Assembly: GCA_039586365.1 (NCBI GenBank)
Contig: JBDHKN010000008.1
Coordinates: 1-64,000 of the forward strand
Direction of reading: 5' to 3'
Source: Gemmatimonadota bacterium
Lineage (GTDB): Bacteria; Gemmatimonadota; Gemmatimonadetes; Gemmatimonadales; GWC2-71-9
Length of the DNA: 64,000 nucleotides
Below, in pieces: positions 9,812 through 18,657 of this stretch. Made by a program: the position numbers and the translations under genes. The notes under the pieces were generated by a model, which did no database searches, had not been told where the DNA came from, and saw only the letters and a list, made by a program, of their open reading frames with translations. Every line of letters starts with the position of its first letter. The first letter of the stretch is position 1.

Positions 9812-10688
9812 GCTTTGGCTCCTGCCTCTCTCAGGAGTCTGCCTGTTCGCAGTCGCTTGGGCTGATGCTCTGGGCCAGACAGCTCAGGCAATTCGGTTCA
9901 ATCCGGCAGTTGGATCCCGTGTTCACACTATTTGGCGAACTGAGATCCTCGTGAGCGTTGTGAATGCTGACGGTAGCCCGGTGGATACGCTGCTGGTGGA
10001 GGCCACTCGACTTGAAAGCGTAACTCGGTTTGTCGATGCCGCTGACGATGGTCGGTACTCGGTGGAGTTGCAGTATGATTCGGTGCGGGCACGCAAGCGG
10101 CTTCGGGGTGGAACCTGGCACGATGTGGAGCCTTCCGAGCTCGAAGTGACATCAGTCCGCGTCCTGCTGGACGACAGGGCCAGACTCTTGGGTGCTGAGT
10201 TTGTTTACCTCCCTCACGTGACGGCGTCCCAGGGTGAAGTGATGCGGGGATTCGCGGGGGGAACCTATATGCATTTGCCCGAGGGTCAGGTGGCTGCTGA
10301 TTCGTCATGGAACTCAGCCCTACGGATACCACTCACAGCCCTAGCGAGCCTTGGTCGCCCGGAGGACGTCCCCGGTGCTGGAGAACTGGTAGCACGAGTG
10401 ACAACTCGAGTGGACAGCATGGCCATCCGCGAAACGGACACGCTAGCCTACATGTCGTTGCAGGGAATCATCGCGTCCACGGTGGGTCGTGATGGCGACC
10501 CCCACACAGGCATCACCGCTGGTGGATCGGTTGCAGCCACGCTAGTATGGTCGTCGGCTTGGGATGCGTACGTGACGGGGGCGGTGCGGTGTCTGGTCGC
10601 GTTCACCCGGCCGCGAGACCGAGAGTCTGAGCTGGCGGCCCCAGAGCTAAGGTTCGATATGACTACGCAATTCCAGGTGCGACCGTGA
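9801..10688 (+). CDS. Exported beta-rich protein of unknown function (paralog A)
   Basis: N-terminal signal peptide (..FAVAWADALG/QT). Shares YDS, LPEG...SW, DS...DTL, LVWS..W...V.GA.R and terminal QVRP with the next gene. Confidence 0.75.
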   Translation: MVPRLWLLPLSGVCLFAVAWADALGQTAQAIRFNPAVGSRVHTIWRTEILVSVVNADGSPVDTLLVEATRLESVTRFVDAADDGRYSVELQYDSVRARKRLRGGTWHDVEPSELEVTSVRVLLDDRARLLGAEFVYLPHVTASQGEVMRGFAGGTYMHLPEGQVAADSSWNSALRIPLTALASLGRPEDVPGAGELVARVTTRVDSMAIRETDTLAYMSLQGIIASTVGRDGDPHTGITAGGSVAATLVWSSAWDAYVTGAVRCLVAFTRPRDRESELAAPELRFDMTTQFQVRP

Positions 10689-11524
10689 ACGGTCGAATTG
10701 CCGGCGCGATGTCGGTAGCGCTAATCTGGGGAAACACGGCGACGGCCCAGGGTGCCCTACGGCTTAGGCACGAACCGGTCCAGGATCTGCGAGTGCGCAC
10801 GATATTTCAGACCGTCACCCGGATCGATGGAGTGGGACGAGCCGTGGAGGCTGCAGATCTGGGAGTCATGAGTGGTGTCGCGCTGGCTGGTGTAGAGGGT
10901 GAGCTGGTGTGGCACTTGGCTTATGACTCCTTGATCATCCGCACGCGTGAAGCAACCGGTGAATGGAGCGAGTTCTCCGTACCGGGCGCTGCATCAGCGT
11001 GGGCCCAAGTGTATATGGATAGCCGACAGCGCGTTTCGAGAGTTCTCCGCGACGAACCGGTCGTGGGTATCACCGACCTGGTTGGGGTATTCACCGGAAT
11101 GCCGGATCTGGCATTGCCGGAAGGGACCCTGCGGGTGGGCGAGACATGGAGCGGCGAGATAACGATCGAGCCGTTGGGAGGGATCGCCACAGTCGGAAGC
11201 GTCCCGGAACTTCCGGCAGTCACGGTGGTTTCGCAGCTAACACTGGACAGTATCGTAAGACGGGCAAGGGACACGTTGGGATTCATCTCCGTCTTGGGGC
11301 GAGTGCAGCCGACGTCGATCGTTACCATCAATGGCGAGCAACCAGGTCGGCTCACACTTTCGGGAGATCTCTTGGGGAACCTAGTGTGGTCCACAGGCTG
11401 GAGCCTTTTTGTTTCTGGAGCGAGGAGAATGTCTTTGCGCATGGAGCGGGGTTCGGCCGGAGTGCAGAGTGAAAAGGAGATCATCACCGTAGTCAAGACG
11501 ACACGCCATCAAGTCCGACCATAG
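10685..11524 (+). CDS. Exported beta-rich protein of unknown function (paralog B)
   Basis: Signal peptide ending ATA/QG, same motifs as paralog A, GTGA overlap. Confidence 0.75.
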   Translation: MNGRIAGAMSVALIWGNTATAQGALRLRHEPVQDLRVRTIFQTVTRIDGVGRAVEAADLGVMSGVALAGVEGELVWHLAYDSLIIRTREATGEWSEFSVPGAASAWAQVYMDSRQRVSRVLRDEPVVGITDLVGVFTGMPDLALPEGTLRVGETWSGEITIEPLGGIATVGSVPELPAVTVVSQLTLDSIVRRARDTLGFISVLGRVQPTSIVTINGEQPGRLTLSGDLLGNLVWSTGWSLFVSGARRMSLRMERGSAGVQSEKEIITVVKTTRHQVRP

Positions 11525-11528
11525 TACG

Positions 11529-12716
11529 GTGAAAATAGCTCATCTCGCTGATCTGCATCTTGGCTTTCGACAGTATTACCGGCAGACGTCGAGCGGCATG
11601 AATCAGCGCGAGGCGGATGTTGCTAGAGCGTTTGGCCGAGCCGTCGACGACATCCTAAGCGTGCGTCCGGACGTGGTTGTAATTGCGGGTGACATGTTCC
11701 ATTCGGTACGACCTACAAACCCCGCTATCCTCCATGCGTTCAACCAACTACAGCGTCTCCGTGCCGCACTACAGCTTGCCCCGATTCTGATAATAGCGGG
11801 TAACCACGACTCGCCCCGATCGGTAGAGACCGGCAGTATCCTGAGGCTCTTCGAGGTAATCGGTGGGATTCATGTTGTGTCACAGCAGGCGCAGGAGATA
11901 ACCTTTGAGCGGTTGGATCTATCAGTCGTCTGCGTACCACACTCAGCATTGGTTGCGGATAGCGCCAGTGTCCCGGAAGCCACGGGGAAGAGAACCCACC
12001 GGGTGTTGGTTACCCACGGTGAGATCGCGGGTGTGTTGTCGCGAGAAAGCTCGTACCTGGAGTACGGCGGTGCCGTTGTCGAGCCTAGTGACCTTCGGAT
12101 CGAAGACTGGACGTACGTTGCTCTCGGACACTACCACGTGGCGCGACAAGTTGCGGACAACGCATGGTACTCAGGTGCTCTCGAATACGTCAGCACGAAC
12201 CCGTGGGGCGAACTGCTTGATGAGGTGCGGGAAGGGAGACAAGGACAGAAGGGATGGCTGTTGGTTGATCTCGATGGTGGTCCAGAAGTCGAATTCCGTC
12301 CTGTTGCCCACGAGCGCCGGTTCATCGATCTGGCGAAGATTCAGGGTTCAGGTCTCGGAGCCGCGGATCTCGATCAACTGATCGTGGAGAACGTGGCTGC
12401 AGTTCCGGACGGTATTGCTGACCAGGTCGTTCGTCAGGTCGTGTTCGACGTCCCTCGCCCGATCGCTCGTGATCTGGATTACGCCAGAATCCGAGAATTC
12501 AAGTCCCGTGCGCTGCATTACAATCTCGACGTTCGCCGGCCCCCTCCCAGCCGCACCGTGGGAATTGGCGCTCCTGGGCGCCCACAGACGTTGTCAGAGT
12601 TGGTCGTGGAATACTTGGAGCGTCGGCCGCTTTCTGCAGAGGTCGATCGCAAGGAGCTGGCGGATCTGGGCTGTGAGTACATGGCTGAGGTCGAGCGGGA
12701 TCTGCTGGAGGAATAG
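11529..12716 (+). CDS. sbcD: SbcD/Mre11 nuclease
   Basis: Metallophosphoesterase motifs DLHLG, AGDMFH, GNHD, THG, ALGHYH, YSGALE. Confidence 0.93.
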   Translation: MKIAHLADLHLGFRQYYRQTSSGMNQREADVARAFGRAVDDILSVRPDVVVIAGDMFHSVRPTNPAILHAFNQLQRLRAALQLAPILIIAGNHDSPRSVETGSILRLFEVIGGIHVVSQQAQEITFERLDLSVVCVPHSALVADSASVPEATGKRTHRVLVTHGEIAGVLSRESSYLEYGGAVVEPSDLRIEDWTYVALGHYHVARQVADNAWYSGALEYVSTNPWGELLDEVREGRQGQKGWLLVDLDGGPEVEFRPVAHERRFIDLAKIQGSGLGAADLDQLIVENVAAVPDGIADQVVRQVVFDVPRPIARDLDYARIREFKSRALHYNLDVRRPPPSRTVGIGAPGRPQTLSELVVEYLERRPLSAEVDRKELADLGCEYMAEVERDLLEE

Positions 12717-15131
12717 GTGCAACTCCAGCGGTTGCGGCTCGTAAACTTCCGGCAGCACGCCGAAACGGAGATCGTGTTCGGCCCGGGGATTACTGCGATC
12801 GTTGGTCCCAACGGCTCGGGCAAGACGACGCTGCTGGAGGCAATTGCGTGGGCCTTCTATGGAAACGCAGCTGCCCGCGGTAGCCGGGATTCCATAAGGC
12901 GCCTGCAAGCCCCGGCGCGCTCCCAAGTCAAGGTGGAAGTCGACTTTGCGTTGGGATCGCACGAGTTCCGCGTGAATAGGGGCCTCCACAACGCAGCGCT
13001 GATCCAGGATGCGCAAGATTCCCCGATCGCTACGAGCCAACAAGAGGTCTCCGCTCGACTGACTCGCCTGTTGGGCATGACTCGAGACGAGTTCTTCAAC
13101 ACTTACTTCACGGGCCAGAAGGAACTGGCGGTAATGGGTTCGCTCGGAGCGACCGGACGTGCTCGTTTCCTGTCGCGGATTCTTGGCTACGATAAGCTCA
13201 AGCTTGCTCAGGATAAGCTACGTGAGACCCGCTCACGAAAGCGGGCAGAGTTGTCCGGATTCGAGCAGGGTTTGGTCGATCACGGTGAACTAATCAAGGA
13301 GCTGGAGCAAGCCGAGGCTGGCTTGCTAGCAGCGACAAAGCGAGTAGAGCTTGCCCTAGAGGCTCGCAATGATGCAGCTGGAACGCTCGAGGTGGAGGGC
13401 CCAGCCTGGACTGAGATGGTCAAGTTGCGTGAGTCGGTGCTGTCACTCGAAAGCGAACTCCGCGTTGCCGAGCGCGATGTTGGCGAAGCGCGGCGAGAGT
13501 TCGAGCGCCTTGACAAGGATCTTGCGGAAGCACTGGATGCCCAGACTCAAATGACAGCGATGGCCGCCGACCTCGCTGAGTTAGATCCGCTCAATGAGGA
13601 ACTGAATAGGCTTGAACGCGAATCTCAGGCTGCCGGTAGACGCCGCTCCCTTACAGGACAGGCGCGAGAGGTTTCTGAACAGTGCGATCGCATTCGAGAG
13701 CGCCTAGGAGAAACTGGCGATACGGATCGGCATCTGGTCGAGGCTAACGCAGAGCTCGAACGGGCGCGGGCCACGTTGGAACAGGCTGAGCAAGATGAGG
13801 AGAAAGCGCGTACAACCTGGATTCGGGACAAGCAAGATGCGGAAACAAAGCGGCAGGCGTTGCGGGATCAGTATCGTGAGCTCCAGAAACACAAAGATGG
13901 GATTCTGGCCGCCGGCCCCGAGGGTACCTGCCCCACATGTTCACGACCTCTAGGTGAAGAGTTTGAGACAGTCTTGACGACGATCGACCGCCAGCTCGAG
14001 GAGATCGAGATCGACGGCAAGTACTTCAAGCAGCGGATTACTCAACTAGCAGCTGAACCCCAAGAGGTGGCCGACGCTGGAAGACTGACCATCGAGGCCT
14101 CTCAGAGTATCGAGAGAGCGCTGCGGGAGGTAGCACGTTGCGAAGACCGTATCCGAGAGCGTATCGGCATCGAGGAAGAGCTAAAGAGGCTGACGACCCG
14201 GATGGCTGAACTCGAAAGCGAAATCGCGTTGCTGCCCGATGGCTACGATGTGAAGCGACATGAGCAAGTGCGTTTGCGTCTGAAGGAACTTGAGCCGCTA
14301 ATAAAGAGGGGAGTGGAACTCCGGGTGAAGGCCGAAAAGGCAGAGTCGTTTGTGCGGGAAGCTGAAGTTGCGGAGAAGAGTCTCTCGGATCTAGAAGCAC
14401 GACACGGCCGATTGGGAGCTGCTTTGGAGGACATGGGATTCAGTGAGGAGCGGTTCAAGCAAGCGAGGATCAGGTACGAGCGGGTGGAGGCCACACTGAG
14501 AAATGCGGAGCTCGACCTAGCCGCTGTCGGAGGTGATTTGAGGGCGGCAGAGCATGTGTTGGAGCAGGTGAAGAAGCGCTTGGAAGAGCGAGAAGAACGT
14601 GCAGCCCGTGTCAACAAACTCAAGAAAGACATGTTGTTACATGATGAGTTGGATCGTGGCCTGCACGATCTCAGACTGGAGTTGAATGCGGCAATGAGAC
14701 CGGAAATTGCGGAGCGCGCATCCGTGTTTCTCTCTGATCTCACCGATGCTCGTTACAACGAACTCGATCTGGACGAGCAATACCAGTCTTTGATCATTGA
14801 AGATGGAGTGCCCAAGCCTGTAATCTCTGGGGGTGAAGAGGATCTGGTGAATCTGGTTTTGAGGCTCGCCATCAGTCAGATGGTCGCCGAGCGAGCAGGT
14901 CAACCGCTTTCGCTGTTGGTGCTGGACGAGATATTCGGCAGCTTGGATGAGAGTAAGCGTCACAGTGTGGTCGATCTGCTACACGGCCTGGCGGGACGGT
15001 TCCCACAGGTTGTGTTGATCACTCATATCGAGACAGTCAAGGATGGTGTTGACCGGGTGCTCCGCGTCGAGTTCGATCCCCGGCTGGCGACGGCGTCAGT
15101 GACCGAGGACAGCCGCAGTCAGCTTCTATGA
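12717..15131 (+). CDS. sbcC: SbcC/Rad50 SMC-family ATPase
   Basis: Walker A GPNGSGKTT, Q-loop, long coiled coil with CPTC zinc hook, signature ISGGE, LVLDEIFGSLD, ITH. Confidence 0.94.
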   Translation: MQLQRLRLVNFRQHAETEIVFGPGITAIVGPNGSGKTTLLEAIAWAFYGNAAARGSRDSIRRLQAPARSQVKVEVDFALGSHEFRVNRGLHNAALIQDAQDSPIATSQQEVSARLTRLLGMTRDEFFNTYFTGQKELAVMGSLGATGRARFLSRILGYDKLKLAQDKLRETRSRKRAELSGFEQGLVDHGELIKELEQAEAGLLAATKRVELALEARNDAAGTLEVEGPAWTEMVKLRESVLSLESELRVAERDVGEARREFERLDKDLAEALDAQTQMTAMAADLAELDPLNEELNRLERESQAAGRRRSLTGQAREVSEQCDRIRERLGETGDTDRHLVEANAELERARATLEQAEQDEEKARTTWIRDKQDAETKRQALRDQYRELQKHKDGILAAGPEGTCPTCSRPLGEEFETVLTTIDRQLEEIEIDGKYFKQRITQLAAEPQEVADAGRLTIEASQSIERALREVARCEDRIRERIGIEEELKRLTTRMAELESEIALLPDGYDVKRHEQVRLRLKELEPLIKRGVELRVKAEKAESFVREAEVAEKSLSDLEARHGRLGAALEDMGFSEERFKQARIRYERVEATLRNAELDLAAVGGDLRAAEHVLEQVKKRLEEREERAARVNKLKKDMLLHDELDRGLHDLRLELNAAMRPEIAERASVFLSDLTDARYNELDLDEQYQSLIIEDGVPKPVISGGEEDLVNLVLRLAISQMVAERAGQPLSLLVLDEIFGSLDESKRHSVVDLLHGLAGRFPQVVLITHIETVKDGVDRVLRVEFDPRLATASVTEDSRSQLL

Positions 15132-16102
15132 CGGACGTGCAGTCGGTACGCGCGCTGCAGGGGCCTAGACGTCCTGGCAAGTCTGATATCGCGGCACTCA
15201 ACCGCCTGTTTTCCGAGTCGTTCACTGACCGATATCGGCGGGACGGCTTGTTGGGTGTGCGGGTTCCCCAGCTCAATCCACAGATCTGGCGTTATGCAAT
15301 ACTAGATGCTGGCGAGGGAGCGATGCTTTGGTTTGACGAGAAGGCTGACCTCGTCGCGTTCAACATCGCCCACCGCTCCGGCGCGGAGGGATGGATGGGC
15401 CCCTTGGCGGTGCGGTCCGACAGCCAGGGGTTTGGGGCAGGCAAGATGATCGTGCAGACCGCCCTCGATTGGCTGAGGAGAAAAGGTGCCAGTACAGTAG
15501 GCCTCGAGACAATGCCACGTACGGTGGACAACATCGGTTTCTACAGCCGGTTAGGATTCGTACCCCAGTATCTTACACTGACAATGACCGGTGATGCCCG
15601 GCCACGGCCCAAGAACGGTCGACTCGTACCGTTGAGTGAGCTTTCTCGTGGAGATCAGGAAGAACTCGTGGAACGTTGTCGGGCTAGGTTGGATCGAACA
15701 GCCTCCGGTTACGACTACTCCCGTGAGTTTCACCTGACAATTGAACTGGGGATAGGTGATGCCATTGTTGTCGAAAAGAGGAGCGAGATCGTTGGTTTTG
15801 CACTGTGGCATTCGGCGCCGCTCGCACAGGACCGGCTACAGGAAGAGCTACGGGTATTGAAGCTCTTTGCAGATTCCCCCAAGACATTCGAGCAGTTGGC
15901 GGCGGCGGCAGAGGTCTGTGCCGCGGAAGCGAGGCTGCCGCGAGTTGTGATTCGATGTCAGACAGCCTTTGGCAGCGCGTACGAGATGTTGATAAGACGG
16001 GGGTACGCGGTGCGTTGGTCGGATCTACGAATGATGCTGAGGGAACGGCCCGAGCCGGTGCTCCCACCTGGCGAAATCTTGTTTTCCAACTGGGAGATCT
16101 GA
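15128..16102 (+). CDS. GNAT-family N-acetyltransferase (tandem GNAT folds)
   Basis: Acetyl-CoA motif GPLAVRSDSQGFGAGKMIV, NIGFYSRLGF. ATGA overlap with sbcC. Confidence 0.85.
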   Translation: MTDVQSVRALQGPRRPGKSDIAALNRLFSESFTDRYRRDGLLGVRVPQLNPQIWRYAILDAGEGAMLWFDEKADLVAFNIAHRSGAEGWMGPLAVRSDSQGFGAGKMIVQTALDWLRRKGASTVGLETMPRTVDNIGFYSRLGFVPQYLTLTMTGDARPRPKNGRLVPLSELSRGDQEELVERCRARLDRTASGYDYSREFHLTIELGIGDAIVVEKRSEIVGFALWHSAPLAQDRLQEELRVLKLFADSPKTFEQLAAAAEVCAAEARLPRVVIRCQTAFGSAYEMLIRRGYAVRWSDLRMMLRERPEPVLPPGEILFSNWEI

Positions 16103-16255
16103 CTAGGTCTTGCGTTCCGAAGGAATAGCGATTGCTATGAGAACTACTGCTGCAATCAATGGTACGTGCACCCAGCCGCTTGGAATGGCTGCCACGAACG
16201 CGAGGAAGATCCACAGTAATAGGCTTGCTAGCGCCCCTACAACAGAGAATCTCAT
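16103..16255 (-). CDS. Small membrane protein, 50 aa, two TM helices
   Basis: MRFSVVGALASLLLWIFLAFVAAIPSGWVHVPLIAAVVLIAIAIPSERKT. Its stop abuts the GNAT stop. Confidence 0.65.
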   Translation of the reverse strand: MRFSVVGALASLLLWIFLAFVAAIPSGWVHVPLIAAVVLIAIAIPSERKT

Positions 16256-16283
16256 AACCTGTGTCTCGACTTTTGGTCGTTGC

Positions 16284-16312
16284 TTGACGGTGTTCTGGAC
16301 CACCCCTATATT
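16284..16312 (+). promoter_or_regulatory. sigma70-type promoter for the 6S-like RNA
   Basis: TTGACG (16284-16289), 17-nt spacer, TATATT (16307-16312). Confidence 0.75.
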
Positions 16313-16322
16313 CGCAATATAA

Positions 16323-16473
16323 GCGGGGCGAAGGGAAACATTATTGAGCCAACAAGCTCGACAGCGTGTCCGTTTGCTGCTGCCGATGTCACGCCCCGAT
16401 TCAGGGAAGGCAGATGTTGTGGCTTGGGCACGGGCCCTACTGATTCGGGCTTCAATAATACTCTTCGCTCCGC
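16323..16473 (+). ncRNA. ssrS: 6S-like RNA
   Basis: Rod-shaped fold: 16323-16335 pairs with 16461-16473, ATTATTGAGCC with GGCTTCAATAAT, a 14/15-nt central bubble, then CGTGTCC/GGGCACG. Has UGAGCC-AACA and GGG.UUCAA motifs typical of 6S RNAs. Flanked by a promoter and a terminator. Confidence 0.75.
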
Positions 16474-16488
16474 ACTCGGAGATAATGT

Positions 16489-16519
16489 GGGCGCGCTCTT
16501 GGGTGTGCCCTCTTTCTTT
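16489..16519 (+). terminator. Intrinsic terminator of the 6S-like RNA
   Basis: GGGCGCGC/GTGTGCCC stem with G-U pairs, followed by TCTTTCTTT. Confidence 0.7.
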
Positions 16520-16633
16520 GTCCCGGACGGTCGAGCTTGACGTCAGGCGTACTCTAGAAACAGCTTGCTCGGTTAATGACCTGAGCCGTCGGCATGCATC
16601 GACTGCCCGCAACCGATAACAGACGGAGCATGT

Positions 16634-17278
16634 GTGGCTAAATCACGTCCGGAGCAACGGGATTTTGAGGATGAACGGGATCTCAAAGGCATGTCGCAAG
16701 TTGCCTCACATGATGGATCTGTCATCCGCGACCTAGTTCACGAGATGCTGCTTCATATAGGTGAGGATCCCAAGCGGCAGGGCTTGGTCAAGACACCCGC
16801 TCGGTTCGAAACATCTCTGAGGTACCTCACGCAAGGATATACAACCTGCGTTGCTGATGTAGTGAATGATGCGGTTTTCGAGGAAGTGCATGAAAGCATG
16901 ATCCTAGTTAGGGACATCGAGCTGTACTCTCTATGCGAGCACCACCTCATACCGTTCTTCGGCAAAGCACATGTGGCCTACCTGCCTCAAGGCAAGATCA
17001 TTGGACTCTCGAAGATCCCCCGAATTGTGGATGTCTTCGCTCGTCGCCTACAAGTTCAAGAGAGGCTCACGGATCAGGTGGCGGACGCTCTCATGCAGGT
17101 GCTTGAGCCACTTGGAGTGGGTGTGGTCATCGAGGCGTATCACCTGTGTATGATGATGAGAGGGGTAGAGAAGCAACACTCGAAGACCGTTACTAGCTCC
17201 ATGAGAGGAGCTTTCCTGGATGGCAACACGCGTGACGAATTTCTCCGGCTGGCACACGGCGGTATCTGGCTAGACTGA
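16634..17278 (+). CDS. folE: GTP cyclohydrolase I
   Basis: [45 protein letters not shown]. Confidence 0.97.
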   Translation: MAKSRPEQRDFEDERDLKGMSQVASHDGSVIRDLVHEMLLHIGEDPKRQGLVKTPARFETSLRYLTQGYTTCVADVVNDAVFEEVHESMILVRDIELYSLCEHHLIPFFGKAHVAYLPQGKIIGLSKIPRIVDVFARRLQVQERLTDQVADALMQVLEPLGVGVVIEAYHLCMMMRGVEKQHSKTVTSSMRGAFLDGNTRDEFLRLAHGGIWLD

Positions 17279-17280
17279 AC

Positions 17281-17973
17281 GTGTTGACCGACAAGATTGC
17301 ACTGGTTACCGGCGCGAGTCGCGGGATAGGGTTAGCTATCGCGGAGCAACTGTTGAGAGAGGGCGCCCACGTGATTCGCGTGGCGCGCAACCTCAGTCCC
17401 CTGGAAACGGAGTCACAGACAGACGTTCCGTGCGATATCACACAAAGTGATGCCGTTCGGAGAACGGTCGCACGGATCGTTGTTGCACCAGGTGTGCCAG
17501 ATATCGTAGTGAACAATGCAGGGACATTCCTGCTGAAACCGGTGGTCGAGACCACGCCCGAAGAGTTCGCACGACAACTGTCAGTGAACCTGGGAGGACC
17601 ATTTCTCGTCCTGCGCGAACTCCTGCCCCACCTGATACGGAAGCGCCACGCGCATCTAGTGACGATTGGTAGTGTCGCGGATCACGTTCCTTACGCAGGC
17701 AATGCAGCTTATGGTGCTAGCAAATACGGCCTGCGCGGATTACATGAAGTACTCAGGAGGGAGCTTGTCGGCACCGACGTTCGTACAACTCTCATTTCGC
17801 CGGGGCCTACCAACACGGAACTGTGGGACGAGGTTCAGCCAAACGATCCCAACGAGGTGCCGGATCGATCGCAGATGCTGGCAGCCGAGGATGTCGCTCA
17901 GGCCGTCTTGTTTGCCGTAACAAGACCTGAGAGAGTCAACGTGGAGTTGATTCGCTTAGGGCCTGCTGCTTAG
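17281..17973 (+). CDS. SDR-family oxidoreductase
   Basis: TGASRGIG, NNAG, YGASK catalytic motif. Confidence 0.92.
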   Translation: MLTDKIALVTGASRGIGLAIAEQLLREGAHVIRVARNLSPLETESQTDVPCDITQSDAVRRTVARIVVAPGVPDIVVNNAGTFLLKPVVETTPEEFARQLSVNLGGPFLVLRELLPHLIRKRHAHLVTIGSVADHVPYAGNAAYGASKYGLRGLHEVLRRELVGTDVRTTLISPGPTNTELWDEVQPNDPNEVPDRSQMLAAEDVAQAVLFAVTRPERVNVELIRLGPAA

Positions 17974-17982
17974 CATGGATAC

Positions 17983-18591
17983 ATGTTCATCGAGCTAGCT
18001 GAATTCCTCAGGTGTCCCACGAAGCACGAGCCTGCGTTCTGCGTCATTGCACCGGCCGAGATGAAAGATTGCAGAGTACTGAGTGGCGCTGTCGGATGTC
18101 CTATCTGTGAGGAAGAATATCCCATAGCCGACGGTGTTGTCCGATTCGGAACCGATCCTCTGCTTGGGCAGGGCAGCAGGAGTGACGATCTGACAGTCGA
18201 GGAGATGCCCAGCGCACGCAGCATCTGGAGCTTGTTGGCGTTGGGAAGTCCCGGTGGCTATGTGGTCTTGGTGGGCTCGCCGGCACGACTGGCCGAGGCA
18301 TTGGCCGATGAAATGGATGGGATTCACTACGTAGGGATCAATGCGCCTCCAGATGTTCACAGTTCGGCTGAGTTGAGTCTCTTGACGGCGACGGCGTCGA
18401 TACCCCTGCGATCTGGCATCTGCCGTGGCACCGTTGTAGGCCGAGAGTATGCTGAGGAGCCTTGGCTGAACGAAGGGGCGCGGGTCGCGCTCAAGGGCAG
18501 TAGGCTGGTGGTCGTTCGGGAGGACGTCGAAGTCGCCAATATGAACTGTCGAGCTGTTGGTCGAGGACTGTGGGTAGGTGACAAGACGTGA
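17983..18591 (+). CDS. Hypothetical protein: Trm112-like zinc-ribbon N-terminus plus degenerate methyltransferase-like region
   Basis: LRCP...GCPICEEEYPIADGV is Trm112-like. The C-terminal region ASIPL...ARVALKGSRLVV resembles a Rossmann methyltransferase tail without the GxG motif. Confidence 0.55.
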   Translation: MFIELAEFLRCPTKHEPAFCVIAPAEMKDCRVLSGAVGCPICEEEYPIADGVVRFGTDPLLGQGSRSDDLTVEEMPSARSIWSLLALGSPGGYVVLVGSPARLAEALADEMDGIHYVGINAPPDVHSSAELSLLTATASIPLRSGICRGTVVGREYAEEPWLNEGARVALKGSRLVVVREDVEVANMNCRAVGRGLWVGDKT

Positions 18592-18657
18592 GCAAAGCAG
18601 CTGAGAAGCTGGGAATCCACCTTACGTCTAGGCTCTGCTCATGCTGGCCTCCCAACC

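Noticed and set aside
6921..15131. Assignment to a named defence system (Wadjet, Lamassu, Nezha)
   Set aside because: No kleisin, KITE or JetD genes and no Sir2 or effector gene. The partners are NurA and Mre11 types in a housekeeping context.
16280..16619. ORFs of 86 and 91 aa upstream of folE (possible queD)
   Set aside because: No recognisable protein motifs. The region is better explained by promoter, structured RNA and terminator.
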